Part shown: piece after piece, positions 20,001 through 29,499 of the stretch
Layout: every line of letters starts with the position of its first letter
How positions within the stretch are numbered: the stretch's first letter is position 1
Assembly (NCBI GenBank): GCA_041402045.1
Contig: JAWKSZ010000023.1
Coordinates: 32,837 to 96,836 of the forward strand
Source of the DNA: Planctomycetota bacterium
GTDB lineage: Bacteria; Planctomycetota; J058
Length of the DNA stretch: 64,000 nucleotides
Reading direction: 5' to 3'
Made by a program: the position numbers and the translations under genes
Notes under the pieces: generated by a model
The model's database searches: none
The model's input: only the letters and a program-made list of their open reading frames with translations
Told to the model about the DNA's origin: nothing

Positions 20001-20221
20001 GCGTGGTCCTCGACGTAGCCCTTCTTCTGCTTCTGAGCGATCAGCTTGGTGAAGGAGGCGAGGGCCTGAGCGCTCGTGTCGAAGCCCTTGGTCTTCGTCT
20101 GTCCGGCGCTGCCGCTGCGGCCGAAGTGCACGGTGTGCGCCTCGCCGTCGAGGGTGATCGTCCAGAACTTGTCGGACGTGGCGTCCACGTAGCGGAAGCT
20201 GCGCGTGTGGGTCTCGGGCAC
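17033..20221 (-). CDS. MolR-like protein: N-terminal WGR domain, A/K/P-rich linker, C-terminal DUF4132-like region
   Basis: 1062 aa. WGR signature (DKFWTITLDG...HFGRSGSAGQTKTKGF...QKQKKGYVE). GTG start preceded by GAGGAGGAG. Confidence 0.8.
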   Translation of the reverse strand: MPETHTRSFRYVDATSDKFWTITLDGEAHTVHFGRSGSAGQTKTKGFDTSAQALASFTKLIAQKQKKGYVEDHAAGAPPSEPTSPKPKAAQPQAAKAKAKGKAAQPQAPEAKVAGRKAQATPATAPPAERKAASAKAKPAAVDPSVEFEPRLDLSQETAFWPLWQDPEPLQRPAPQPFDREATLASLTEDYAGHRGFFVGALSWRALEPPLTPEGARFVYAVLRRVNGERTPIQVAAEVGDGQDVDLATVAGDLTLDRSWDRLVWPSSALGDVSALRLTRQFLTEQELDDLLLERLRTSPSWRAPTRRNFGDMGLREAYQQEVLPYLSRAERGRMRAQILADLAGLDLHAVDDEERWPLVLYFAALFGCVEPLQALFAAFPPGRFRGAYVAYAQDPQALLFALGSAERMVAEAERLKLLVTDPKQLAAWIATTGSAGYPTLTQSLLVQTTDSLPRYLELLRGVRDPELVPTILALRSKRSALPFVTQWFEENPGVAARGLIRALARGEAVDDARETLLDLAEAAPATVQRALELEDPAPAIAEQVAGLLEPAADVPPADLPAELERAFEAVAGLAPLKGKHAATWLRPERLEAPRVGGAPLNAAQVALALRALREVGADGRDAVAALKTAASAESLEAFAWSAYSAWERNGAPPQQKWVLAGLGHLGGDATVARLTPLIRAWPGESQHARAVLGLDCLRTIGSERALSALAGIAQKLKFRALKQRAAECMDEIAAARGLSREELADRLVPDCGLDAEGQRSFDYGPRSFAFCLGPELVPLVKRADGKLLKTPPKPGKQDDPELAPQALAEWRAFKKEVQGVLALQRERLEQAMVGQRRWSPDDFRALIVEHPLLRHLASGTVWATYGPEGPVPFRLDDAGGARDLTGKPRVLDDPVGVLHPLDLEDEERATWQALWDREGRLAPFPQLEREAISLDPQELQGQRLTHACGVPIPPQSLRGLLATRGWQRGEPQDAGIVGEHYKHFEGAGLTAVLQHGGLSVVPFEWEEDQPVDGVLFLEGALSPGECASLQADAGIPLADLDRTVLSEVARDLASIAEKRRG

Positions 20222-20331
20222 GGGCTCCTCCTCGGTCTCCGTTATCCCTGGCCCGCGACGAGGGGCAAGCCCCGCCCGACCTCAGCCCAGCGACACCGTG
20301 GGTTACACTCCTGCCCCAACAGGAGGTCCAC

Positions 20332-22113
20332 GTGAGCGGCAAAGAGCGCCTGGTGATCGCCAACTGCGGCGGGTTCTGGGGCGACGACCCCACGGCCGCG
20401 AAGCGACAGGTCGAGGGGGGTCCGATCGACTACCTCGTCATGGACTACCTGGCCGAGGTCACCATGGCGATCCTGCAGAAGCAGCGCGCCAAGAACCCCG
20501 AGGCCGGGTTCGCCACCGACTTCGTCAAGCAGCTCGAGGACGTGCTCCCGACCTGCGTCGAGAAGGGGATCACCGTGATCTCCAACGCCGGCGGCGTGAA
20601 CCCCATGGCCTGCCGGCGGGCCGTCGAGGGCCTGGCCCTGCGCCTGGGGATCGCCGACAAGGTCAAGGTCGGCGTCGTGCTCGGCGACGACCTCTACGGC
20701 GACCTGGACGAGCTGCTCGAGAAGGAGGAGCCGCTGGCCCACATGGAGACCGGCGAGCCCCTCTCCGAGGTTCGGGACAAGGTCCTGAGCGCCAACGTCT
20801 ACCTCGGCGCGCGGGGGGTGGTGCGGGCCCTGGCCATGGGCGCCAACGTCGTGATCTCGGGGCGGGTCACCGACACCGGCGTGACCCTGGCGCCCATGAT
20901 CCACGAGTTCGGCTGGGCCTCCGACGACTGGGATCGGCTCGCCGCGGGGATCGTGGCCGGGCACATCATCGAGTGCGGCACCCAGTGCACGGGCGGGAAC
21001 TTCACGGACTGGAGGACCGTCCCCAGCTACCGCAACATGGGCTACCCCCTGGTCGAGGCCTACCCCGACGGGAGCTTCGTGGTCACCAAGCACCCGAACA
21101 CCGGCGGGCTGGTGAACGTGCACACCGTCAGCGAGCAGCTGCTCTACGAAATGGGCGCGCCGGAGTATCTGGCCCCCGACTGCACCGCGCGCTTCGACAC
21201 GATCCAGCTCGCCCCCGACGGGCCCGATCGGGTCAAGGTGACCGGGGTCAGGGGCGGTCCCCCGCCGGAGAAGCTCAAGGTCTCGATCAGCTTCGAGCAG
21301 GGCTACCGCGCGTTCGGGCGGCTGATGGTCAGCGGCCCCGAGGCCCTGGAGAAGGCCCAGCTCGTGGCCGACACCTTCTGGGCCAGTGTGGGGGGCACCG
21401 AGGCCTTCGAGGGCGCCTCCACCCAACTGATCGGCTACGACAGTTGCCACCCGGCGCTGGGGGGGGAGCCGGGTGAGGTGCTGATCCAGCTCGCCGTGCG
21501 CGACCAGGACCGGGGCAAGATCGAGTCGACCTTCGCGACCCAGCTCGTGCCCAAGGTGCTGGGGACGGTGCCCGGGATCACCTACCTCGCGGATCAGGGG
21601 CGTCCGCGCGCGTCCGGGGTCGTCGGCTACTGGCCGGCCTTGATCTCCCGCGACAAGGTCCGCGTGACCTCGACCGTCGGCGACGAGACGATCCGCCTGG
21701 CCCACGAGAAGCTCGAGGCGCCGCGCGCGCTCGAGGTCGCTCCGGCCCAGGTCGAGGCGCCGGCGCCCACGGGGTCCACGGTCAAGGTCCCGCTCTCCAA
21801 GCTCTGCCTGGCGCGCTCCGGCGACAAGGGCGACACCTGCAACGTGGGCGTGATCGCGCGCAGCCCGGCGATCTACCTCTGGGTCAAGGAGCACCTGACC
21901 GCGGCCTTCGTCAAGGAGCGCTTCCAGAGCGTGTGCCGGGGCGAGGTCGAGCGCTTCGAGGTGCCGAACCTCCTGGCCATGAACTTCCTCCTGCACCACA
22001 GCCTCGGCGGCGGCGGCACGCTCTCGCTGCTGCTGGACGCGCAGGGCAAGACCTATGCGCAGTTCTTGCTCGCGGCGGAGGTCGAGGTGCCCCAGGGGCT
22101 GGTGCCGGCGTGA
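20332..22113 (+). CDS. AtuA-like (DUF1446) protein with C-terminal DUF4387-like domain
   Basis: 593 aa. GTG with perfect AGGAGG 5 nt upstream. Family assignment from recalled AtuA-like architecture. Confidence 0.8.
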   Translation: MSGKERLVIANCGGFWGDDPTAAKRQVEGGPIDYLVMDYLAEVTMAILQKQRAKNPEAGFATDFVKQLEDVLPTCVEKGITVISNAGGVNPMACRRAVEGLALRLGIADKVKVGVVLGDDLYGDLDELLEKEEPLAHMETGEPLSEVRDKVLSANVYLGARGVVRALAMGANVVISGRVTDTGVTLAPMIHEFGWASDDWDRLAAGIVAGHIIECGTQCTGGNFTDWRTVPSYRNMGYPLVEAYPDGSFVVTKHPNTGGLVNVHTVSEQLLYEMGAPEYLAPDCTARFDTIQLAPDGPDRVKVTGVRGGPPPEKLKVSISFEQGYRAFGRLMVSGPEALEKAQLVADTFWASVGGTEAFEGASTQLIGYDSCHPALGGEPGEVLIQLAVRDQDRGKIESTFATQLVPKVLGTVPGITYLADQGRPRASGVVGYWPALISRDKVRVTSTVGDETIRLAHEKLEAPRALEVAPAQVEAPAPTGSTVKVPLSKLCLARSGDKGDTCNVGVIARSPAIYLWVKEHLTAAFVKERFQSVCRGEVERFEVPNLLAMNFLLHHSLGGGGTLSLLLDAQGKTYAQFLLAAEVEVPQGLVPA

Positions 22114-23033
22114 TGGAACTCGTCGCTCGCCTGCGCGCCCGCGCGCGGCAGACCCCCCAGCGGATCGTGTTCCCCGAGGGCGACGACGAGCGGGTGATCG
22201 CCGCGGCCAAGGTCCTCGAGCGCGAGGAGCTCGCGCGCCCGATCCGGGTGACCCCCGAGCTGATCGCCAAGCACCAGGAGGCCTACGCGCAGCTGTTCTA
22301 CGAGCGCCGCCGCCACCGGGGCATGACCGTGGAGCAGGCTCGGGGCGAGGTCCAGGACCCGCTGTTGTTCGCCGCGCTCATGGTGCGCGCCGGGGACGCC
22401 GACGGCTTCGTGGGCGGCTCGGTGCGCACCACCGGCGACACCGTCCGCGCCGCGATCCTGGGGATCGGCCCCGCCCCCGGGGTCAAGACGGTCAGCAGCT
22501 TCTTCCTCATGATCTACCCCAACGGGAAGGCCTACGTCTTCGCCGACTGCGGGGTGATCCCGGACCCGAACGCCAAGCAGCTGGCCGAGATCGCGGCGGC
22601 AGCGGGGGAGAGCGCGCGGGCCTTCCTCGACGGCGAGCCCCGGGTCGCGCTCCTGAGCTTCTCGACCAAGGGCAGCGCCGAGCACCCCGACGTGGACAAG
22701 GTCCGCGAGGCCACCGAGCTGGTCCGGCGCACCCACCCTGGGCTGTGCGTGGACGGCGAGCTGCAGGCCGACGCGGCGCTGGTCCCTGCCGTGGGCGCGA
22801 AGAAGGCCCCCGGGAGCCCCGTGGCCGGGCAGGCCAACGTGCTCGTGTTCCCCGACCTCGGGGCCGGCAACATCGCCTACAAGCTCGGGCAGCGGCTGGG
22901 CGGCGCCACCGCCCTCGGGCCGATCCTGCAGGGCCTCGATCGCCCCGCCAACGACCTCAGCCGCGGCTGCTCCGCCGAGGACATCGTCGACGTGGCCTGC
23001 ATCACCGCGATCCAGGCGGCCGCCCGGGCCTAG
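22113..23033 (+). CDS. phosphate acetyl/butyryl-transferase (PTA_PTB family, short form)
   Basis: 306 aa. ATG overlaps the atuA-like stop (TGATG). Conserved C-terminal SRG/DLSRGCS region. Confidence 0.8.
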   Translation: MELVARLRARARQTPQRIVFPEGDDERVIAAAKVLEREELARPIRVTPELIAKHQEAYAQLFYERRRHRGMTVEQARGEVQDPLLFAALMVRAGDADGFVGGSVRTTGDTVRAAILGIGPAPGVKTVSSFFLMIYPNGKAYVFADCGVIPDPNAKQLAEIAAAAGESARAFLDGEPRVALLSFSTKGSAEHPDVDKVREATELVRRTHPGLCVDGELQADAALVPAVGAKKAPGSPVAGQANVLVFPDLGAGNIAYKLGQRLGGATALGPILQGLDRPANDLSRGCSAEDIVDVACITAIQAAARA

Positions 23034-23189
23034 GCCAGACCCGGGGCGGGCTCGCGGGGTGCTGCTGGGTTCTTCGAAGCCTCGACCCCGTGAAAGACGT
23101 CGCCGGAGACCCGGACCCTCCCCGTCCTGGCGCTGGTCTCGGAGAGCCACGAAGAGGTCCTGAGCAGACAACTGCGGACGCGTGCCGAC

Positions 23190-23657
23190 GTGACCCTCTC
23201 CCGGGACGACGTCGACGCGGATGCGCTGATCGCTGCGGTGCGCCGCGCGCTCAGTCGCTGGAGCGAGCGCACCCGCCGCGCGCCGCAGGTGCTGATCGTC
23301 GACGACCACGAGCTGAACCGACGCCTCCTGGGAGCCCTCCTCGAGCGCAAGGGCTACCGCACGTTGCACGCGGCCGACGGCGCCTCGGCCCTCGCGCAGG
23401 CCCGAGAGTTCGCCCCTGCGCTCGTGCTCCTGGACCTCGCCATGCCCGAGCGCGACGGGTTCGAGGTGCTCTCCGACCTTCGCCGTACGCCAGAGACCCA
23501 GCACATCCCGGTCGTGGCGCTGACCGCCCTCGCCTCTCGAGAGGACCGCGTGCGGGTCGAGGAGGCGGGGTTCGACGGCTATCTGACCAAGCCCATTGAT
23601 CGCGCCGCGCTGGAGGCCCTGGTCGCGCGGATCGTGCCCGACAGCGACGACGCCTGA
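23190..23657 (+). CDS. single-domain response regulator (CheY-like receiver)
   Basis: 155 aa. VLIVDDHE...LLDLAMPERDGFEV...VVALTAL...GFDGYLTKP. Confidence 0.8.
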   Translation: MTLSRDDVDADALIAAVRRALSRWSERTRRAPQVLIVDDHELNRRLLGALLERKGYRTLHAADGASALAQAREFAPALVLLDLAMPERDGFEVLSDLRRTPETQHIPVVALTALASREDRVRVEEAGFDGYLTKPIDRAALEALVARIVPDSDDA

Positions 23658-23715
23658 GGAGCGGGAGCGCTCCTCGCGGCAGGGACCGGACCTCAGGGAC
23701 CGGGCCGTGCCCTCC

Positions 23716-25896
23716 CTAGCTCCCGCCCAGGAAGCCGAACCAGCGCCGGGGGCGATCCGTGGGCTCCTTGCTCGCGTCGAGCTCGGCCTTGAGCCGCTGG
23801 GAGTCCTGCTGGGTTTCGTCGAGCATGGCCTGCAGGCGCTCGGAGTCGGCGGTCCGCCGCTCGAGCTGCGCCAGGAGCTCCTGCACGCGCTCGGCCTCGG
23901 CGTTGCGCGCGGCGACCAGCTCCTGCTGGCGGCGGGCGAAGCCGGCTCGGGCCTCCGCCAGCTCGTGGGTCAGGGTCTGCACCTTCTCGGCGCTCGCGGA
24001 CGTGCGGGCCTCGGCCAGGGCGCGGGCCAGGGCCTGGCCCTGCTCCCGGGCCTGGAGGGCCTGCGCCATGCTCTTGCGCACGAGCTCCTGGGCCTCGGCC
24101 AGCTGCGACTGCAGCCGGTCGCGCTCGGCTTCGAGATAGACGTGCTCCTCGACGGGGATCCCGCTGCCCTCGGCCAACTGCGCCAGGGCGTGCTGCAGCT
24201 CGCGCTGGGTCCGGCTGAGCTCGTCGTCGTCGCGGGTCAGCTCGCGCAGCTCCTCCAGCGCGCGGTCGCGCTCCTGGCTGGCGAGCTTGAGCGCCGTCCG
24301 GGCGGCGTCGCGCTCGGACTCGGCGTGCACCCGCGACTCCTCGGCGGCGGCCATGCGCTCGAGGGCCGCGGACAGCCCGAGGGTCGCCTGCTCGAGCTCC
24401 GCGCGGGCCGGCTCGCCGCCCGAGCGCGCCTCGGCCAGGGCCTGCTCCAGCTCGCGCACCCGCGCCGCCAGCCTCGCCTCGTCGCCCTCAGGGGCGGGGC
24501 GCGCGGCCTCGGCGCGCACCTCCGCGTGGACCCGGGCCTGGTGCTCGGCCTTGAGCGCGTCCGCGGACTCCCCCAGGGCGCGCTGGGCGGCGTTGCGCTC
24601 GCGCTCGACCGCATGGGTGCGGGCCACCGCCGCGCTGAGCTGTCCCTGCAGGGCTGCGGCCTCCGCGCGCGCGCCGCGCAGCGCGTCGACCGCCTGCTGC
24701 TGCTCGCGCTCGGCGTCGCGCGCCCGGCCGCGGCTGGCCTGGAGCTCGCGCTCGAGGGCCTCGCGCTCGGCGGCGTGCTCGGCGCTCAAGGTCTGCTCGC
24801 GCTGGACCATGCGCTCTCCGGCGCGCTCCAGCTCGCCGTGCAGCGCGTCCCGCTCGGCCTCGAGCCCCGCGGCGCGATCCCGGGCGGCGGCGGCCTCGGC
24901 CTCGGCGGCGGTCAAGCGGGCCTTGAAGGTGCTCACCCGCTCGTCGAGCTCGCGCTGCAGCAGATCCCGCTCGTCGGCGAGGCCCAGGGCGCGGGCCTCG
25001 GCCTCGGTCGCCGCCTCGCGGGCCGCCTCGAGCTCGATCTGCGCAGCGGCGCAGTCGGCCTGGGCGGCGTCGCGGGCGCGGGCGGCGCGGGTCACGTCGG
25101 CCTCCAGGGTCGCGAGCCGGTCGAGGAGCTCGGTGTGCGCCCCGGTGGAGACCAGGGCCGTCTGCTGGGCTTCGCTCAGCGCGTGCTCCAGCTCGTGGAG
25201 GTGGGTCGAGAGGTTCTGGCGGGCGCCGGCGGCCTCGTCGCGCTCGTCGATCAGGCGCTGGCACGCGCTGCGCGCCTGGTCCAGGTCTGCGCGGAGCTCG
25301 GCCAGCTCCTCCTGGTGCACCGCGCCGCGCGCGTCGAGCTCTGCCGTCGCCGCGCGGGCGCGCTCGGTCGCTGCAGCCTGCTCGGCCTCGGCCTCCGCCG
25401 CGCGCCGGGTGGCGCGCAGCGCGTCGGCCTCCGCGGACTCGGCCCGCTCGCGCGCGTCGCGGAGCTCGGCTTCCCGGGCCTCGAGCGCGGCTCGGGTCGC
25501 GTCGAGCTCGGCCTGCACCGCGACGACCGCGGCCCCCGGGAGCTCGGGAGCGTCGGCAGCGGCGGTCTTCTTGGCGGCGGTCTTCTTGGACGCGGTCGTC
25601 TTCTTGGCGGCGGTCTTCTTGGACGCGGTCTTCTTCTTGGCGGCGGTCTTCTTGGACGCGGTCTTCTTCTTGGCGGCGGTCTTCTTGGACGCGGTCTTCT
25701 TCTTGGCGGCGGTCGTCTTGGACGCGGTCTTCTTCTTGGTGGCGGTCTTCTTCTTGGCGGCGGTCTTCTTCTTGGCGGCGGTCTTCCTCTTGGACGCGGT
25801 CCCAGACGGCGGTTCGCCGCCGCTCTGAGGGCGGGGGCGGGCCTGCGAGGAGGCTGCGCTGCGCGGCGACTTGCCGGACGGGGATCGGGAGGGCAT
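23716..25896 (-). CDS. histone-H1-like K-rich repeat / long coiled-coil protein
   Basis: ATG at 25896 with GAAGGAG 7 nt upstream. N-terminal TAAKKK repeats, then ~550 aa of A/E/R/L-rich coiled coil. Confidence 0.8.
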   Translation of the reverse strand: MPSRSPSGKSPRSAASSQARPRPQSGGEPPSGTASKRKTAAKKKTAAKKKTATKKKTASKTTAAKKKTASKKTAAKKKTASKKTAAKKKTASKKTAAKKTTASKKTAAKKTAAADAPELPGAAVVAVQAELDATRAALEAREAELRDARERAESAEADALRATRRAAEAEAEQAAATERARAATAELDARGAVHQEELAELRADLDQARSACQRLIDERDEAAGARQNLSTHLHELEHALSEAQQTALVSTGAHTELLDRLATLEADVTRAARARDAAQADCAAAQIELEAAREAATEAEARALGLADERDLLQRELDERVSTFKARLTAAEAEAAAARDRAAGLEAERDALHGELERAGERMVQREQTLSAEHAAEREALERELQASRGRARDAEREQQQAVDALRGARAEAAALQGQLSAAVARTHAVERERNAAQRALGESADALKAEHQARVHAEVRAEAARPAPEGDEARLAARVRELEQALAEARSGGEPARAELEQATLGLSAALERMAAAEESRVHAESERDAARTALKLASQERDRALEELRELTRDDDELSRTQRELQHALAQLAEGSGIPVEEHVYLEAERDRLQSQLAEAQELVRKSMAQALQAREQGQALARALAEARTSASAEKVQTLTHELAEARAGFARRQQELVAARNAEAERVQELLAQLERRTADSERLQAMLDETQQDSQRLKAELDASKEPTDRPRRWFGFLGGS
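25556..25800 (-). repeat. 33-bp tandem repeat (~7 copies) encoding KKKTASKKTAA units
   Basis: Direct reading (ggcggcggtcttcttggacgcggtcttcttctt units on the plus strand). Confidence 0.85.
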
Positions 25897-26049
25897 GGGT
25901 ACGCTCCTTCGTTTCGACTCTACTCGGGACCTCGGACCGCGGCGTGCGGGCACGTGCACTGCGTTGGATCCCTGGAGCCCCGCGGCCGCTCAGCCCCTGG
26001 GGTCCACGGGACTCTTCGACCCTCTCCTGTCCCTAGCTGAAGGGCTGGT

Positions 26050-28239
26050 TCAGCCCGAGCGCTGCTCGCGGATCAGGCCCAGGAGGTCTTCCAGCTCCTC
26101 CAGGCGCCGCTCGTGCTCGGGGCGCCCCTCCTCCCGGATCAGCTGCTCGTAGCGTCGGCGGGCCTCGCTCAGGTCGAGCTTGGCCTCGCGCAGGTGGTCG
26201 TCCCCCGAGATCAGCCAGCACTTGGCCCGGCGCAGGAGCGCCAGCGGGAGCTGCTGCATGGCCTCGTAGCGGCTCTCGCCGCCGTCCTCGAGCAGCTCGC
26301 GGCAAATGTCGATCGAGCGGGTGAAGTCGTCGGCGGCGAGCAGCGGGTGCCCGACGCGCAGGAGCGCCTCTCCGCGCTGGCGGAACAGCAGGCTCCGGAT
26401 CGCCTCCCGCCGGGGCTCGTCGTCGTCGACCGGGAGCTCGGGATCGAGCAAGGCGTCGGCGCGCTGGATCTGCTCCAGCGCCTCCCGCGGCTCGCCGGTG
26501 AGGTTCAGCGCGCCGGCGAGGTTCACCAGCGCGTAGGCGAGGTCGCCCTGCCCCGGCACGGTCTCGTCGACCCCGTGCTCTTCGAACAGCTCCACGCAGC
26601 GCTTGAGCAGGGGCAGCGCCTCCTGCGCGCGGCCGTGCTCGCTGAGCATGGCCGCCTTCGCCCCGAGGATCGCGGCGTGGACGCCGGGGCGCCCGTCTCC
26701 CAGGCGACACAGGTTCAGCGCCTGGTCGTAGCTCTGCGAGGCCTCCTCCACCCGGTCCAGGTGGTCGACGAGGATCTCCGCCTGGAGCACACAGAGGTTG
26801 ATCACGGTGTCGATCAGCGGGGCGTGCACGTCGGCCTCGCCCTCCCCGCTGTCGCGCACCAGCACCGACAGCAGGAGCGAGACCGCCCGCCGCAGACCCT
26901 CCACGGCGCCCTCCGCGTCGCCCAGGTTCAAGCTGGCGACGGCGCGGAACAGGAAGATCTCACCGAAGTCCGCGAGGGCCTCGGGTCCCAGCCGCGGCGA
27001 GACGGCGCGCACGGCTTCGTCGGAGAGCTGCCGGGCCTCGAGCCACAGCCCGCAGCTCGCCAGCGCGTTCGCTCGGGCGTTGAGGGCCAGGGGCAGGAGC
27101 GCCAGGACCACCGAGTGCTCCGGGGAGAACTGGCGCAGCTCGATCACGGCGTCGTTGTAGCGCGCGCGGGCGGCGTGGGGCTCGTCCAGGTGCATGAACG
27201 CGTCGCCGTGTTGGAGGAAGGTGCGGATCAGCTCGATCCGGTCCTGCTCGTCCTTGTGCTTGCGCACGAGGGTCAGGAGCACCTGGGTGCGCTGGGCGAG
27301 GAGCTCCGCCGCCTCCGGGGGGTCGACCTCCGCCGCGCGCAGCTCCAGGGCCCGGGCCAGCATGCGCCGGCAGCGGGTGGGCAGCGGGGTGAAGTCGGCG
27401 AGCAGGGTCAGCACCTCCCCCGCGAGCTCGGCGCGGGGCGGGCCCTCGACCCGCTGGGCCTGGGTCAGCAGGATCTCGGCGAGCTGCTGCGCGCTGTCGA
27501 GGTCCTCCGCGTCGAGGGTCTCGCGCAGGCGCTCGATCACGATCTGCGTGGCCTCGTAGGCCTCTTGGGTGCGGCTGGCCATGTCGAAGATCGCCGCGCG
27601 CTGCAGGGCCACCCAGGGCTGATCGCGCATGTCCGAGTCCTCGAGCACCTTCAGCGCATGGTTGAAGCGCCCGGCGTTGGCGAGCATCTCGGCGCGGGTC
27701 GAGAGCAGGAGCGCCTGCTCGGTCTGAGAGACGTCCTCCAGCTCGTCCAGGGCGGCTTGGGTGCGCTCGAGCTGGCGCAGCCCGGCCATGAGGTCGTCGT
27801 GGGCGTAGGCCACCCCCAGCTCGCGGTTGGCCTGCGCGCGCCACAGCGGCCCGTGCTCCCCGCTCAGGGCGTCGGCGCGCTCGGCGGCCTCCTCCAGGAT
27901 CCGGGTCGCGTCGAGGAGCTCACCCTCGGCGAGCAGCGCGTGGCCCTGGTGCACGAGGAGCTCGACCACGAGCTCCTCCATGTCCGGACCGACCGAGGTC
28001 GCGAGGCGCACGGCGTCGGCGAGGTCGGTCAGGGCGCGGGCCTCGGCGTGGCCGCCCGCCAGCAGGAGCCGCACCCGCTCGGCGAGGAGCTCGGCCCGCG
28101 CGCGCTCCCGCGCGGGGGAGTCGTCGCCCAGGCGAGTGAGCACGTGCTCGGCCCGCGTGAGCAGGTCCAGCGCGGCGTCGTCTTCGCCCATGGCCAGGAG
28201 CACCTCGGCCCGCTCCCGCAGCGCCCGGCTGAGCTCCAC
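26050..28239 (-). CDS. TPR-like helical repeat protein
   Basis: 729 aa, all-alpha, leucine/alanine-rich with a TPR-like periodicity. GTG start. Confidence 0.7.
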   Translation of the reverse strand: MELSRALRERAEVLLAMGEDDAALDLLTRAEHVLTRLGDDSPARERARAELLAERVRLLLAGGHAEARALTDLADAVRLATSVGPDMEELVVELLVHQGHALLAEGELLDATRILEEAAERADALSGEHGPLWRAQANRELGVAYAHDDLMAGLRQLERTQAALDELEDVSQTEQALLLSTRAEMLANAGRFNHALKVLEDSDMRDQPWVALQRAAIFDMASRTQEAYEATQIVIERLRETLDAEDLDSAQQLAEILLTQAQRVEGPPRAELAGEVLTLLADFTPLPTRCRRMLARALELRAAEVDPPEAAELLAQRTQVLLTLVRKHKDEQDRIELIRTFLQHGDAFMHLDEPHAARARYNDAVIELRQFSPEHSVVLALLPLALNARANALASCGLWLEARQLSDEAVRAVSPRLGPEALADFGEIFLFRAVASLNLGDAEGAVEGLRRAVSLLLSVLVRDSGEGEADVHAPLIDTVINLCVLQAEILVDHLDRVEEASQSYDQALNLCRLGDGRPGVHAAILGAKAAMLSEHGRAQEALPLLKRCVELFEEHGVDETVPGQGDLAYALVNLAGALNLTGEPREALEQIQRADALLDPELPVDDDEPRREAIRSLLFRQRGEALLRVGHPLLAADDFTRSIDICRELLEDGGESRYEAMQQLPLALLRRAKCWLISGDDHLREAKLDLSEARRRYEQLIREEGRPEHERRLEELEDLLGLIREQRSG

Positions 28240-28337
28240 GCTGTCTCCCGCGCGCTCGAGCCGACTGATCTCGCGCGCGGTCCGCCGCAGCTCGTCGGGG
28301 CCCGACGGCTCCGGATCGCTCGGTAGCTCGTTGAGGA

Positions 28338-28946
28338 TCAGGCGGTCGCTTCGACCCGCTGCGCGGCGAGCCGGCGCGCGGTCTCTTCGACGGCCAGGCG
28401 CAGCGCAGCGACGTTGTGCGCGCGAGCGGGGGCGCCGTAGGGCAGGTGCAGGAAGCCCACGGGCGTCCGCTCCTCGCCCAGGCGACAGGCGAGCCAGTAG
28501 TAGACCGCGTTGCAGAGGTAGCCGCCGGCGTCCTCCGAGAGGCTGCAGGCGATGCCTGCGCGGTCGAGGCGCTGCTTGATCCCCGCCACCGGCAGCGTGC
28601 CGTAGACCAGCGCGGGTCCCCGCGGCTCGATCTGGCGGTCCTGGAGCAGGTTGCCGTCGACGTCGGGGATCGTGTAGTCCAGGCGGTTGCGGGCGGAGAG
28701 CTCCAGGCGCACGGGGCCCTGCAGCGCCGCGTAGATCCCGCAGGAGATCACCGCGGCCACCGGCTCGGCGCTGAGCGCCTCTTCGAGGGCCGCGCGGGCG
28801 CGCTCGAACTGCACGGGGAGCACCAGGCTCCGAATGCGGAACCCTTCGTAGGACTCGCCGGCCAGAGCCTGCACCGCGTCCTGTGAAGGGTTCGTCGAAT
28901 GTTCACCGAACGGTCCGAAACCGGTCAGCAGGATCGGCTCCTGCAT
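28338..28946 (-). CDS. pcp: pyroglutamyl-peptidase I
   Basis: 202 aa. ILLTGFGPFG, catalytic LSEDAGGYLCN and His region. ATG with AGGAGG upstream. Confidence 0.9.
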   Translation of the reverse strand: MQEPILLTGFGPFGEHSTNPSQDAVQALAGESYEGFRIRSLVLPVQFERARAALEEALSAEPVAAVISCGIYAALQGPVRLELSARNRLDYTIPDVDGNLLQDRQIEPRGPALVYGTLPVAGIKQRLDRAGIACSLSEDAGGYLCNAVYYWLACRLGEERTPVGFLHLPYGAPARAHNVAALRLAVEETARRLAAQRVEATA

Positions 28947-29032
28947 GCAGCCTCCTGTCGGACGACGCCTGACCCCCGGATCATAGCCGAGTCTCCAGGC
29001 AGAGGCGAGCGCCTCGCGATCCTCGTCGCAGC

Positions 29033-29356
29033 TCAGGAGCCGCCGGCGGATTCGGGGCCAGCGAGCTCCGCGGGGGGTGGAACGGAGTCCTGGTAGCACA
29101 GATCGAAGGGCAGGCAGGCGGTGTCGGCCACGAGGCAGAGCGGCACGTCGACCAGCGCGACCGGAATCCACCAGGGGCCGGAGCCCAGGGACGTGGCCCA
29201 CAGGCGCACACCGGCGTAGGGGACACCCCGCGCGTCGGCGTCGACCGCGTGGGTCGGACCGCCGACCACGACCGTCCCCACCTTGCTGACGACGGTGGCG
29301 CAGCCCGAGGCAGCGAGGAGCAAGCAGAGGATCAGGGAACGCATGAGGGTTGGCAT
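29033..29356 (-). CDS. small putative lipoprotein
   Basis: 107 aa. Signal peptide with lipobox-like LLLAASGC. GGAGAG 6 nt before the ATG. Confidence 0.5.
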   Translation of the reverse strand: MPTLMRSLILCLLLAASGCATVVSKVGTVVVGGPTHAVDADARGVPYAGVRLWATSLGSGPWWIPVALVDVPLCLVADTACLPFDLCYQDSVPPPAELAGPESAGGS

Positions 29357-29499
29357 GACGAGCTCTCCACGCGGCAGGACGGTGCAAGCCTCGTGCCCTG
29401 ACCCAACTCACTTGGTGGAGTGCAAGGCCGTCCAGAGTCCGTCAGGAACGTGAGAAACCGCACGTCGGCGAGCCGCGCGGCGCGCCTCGGCGGCGGGCG

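Noticed and set aside
23596-26040. 814-aa and 513-aa plus-strand ORFs rich in L/G/A or S/A/R
   Set aside because: They are antisense to the coiled-coil/K-repeat gene. Their repetitive composition mirrors the sense-strand repeats.
26113-28326. 737-aa plus-strand ORF
   Set aside because: It is the antisense shadow of the TPR-like protein gene.
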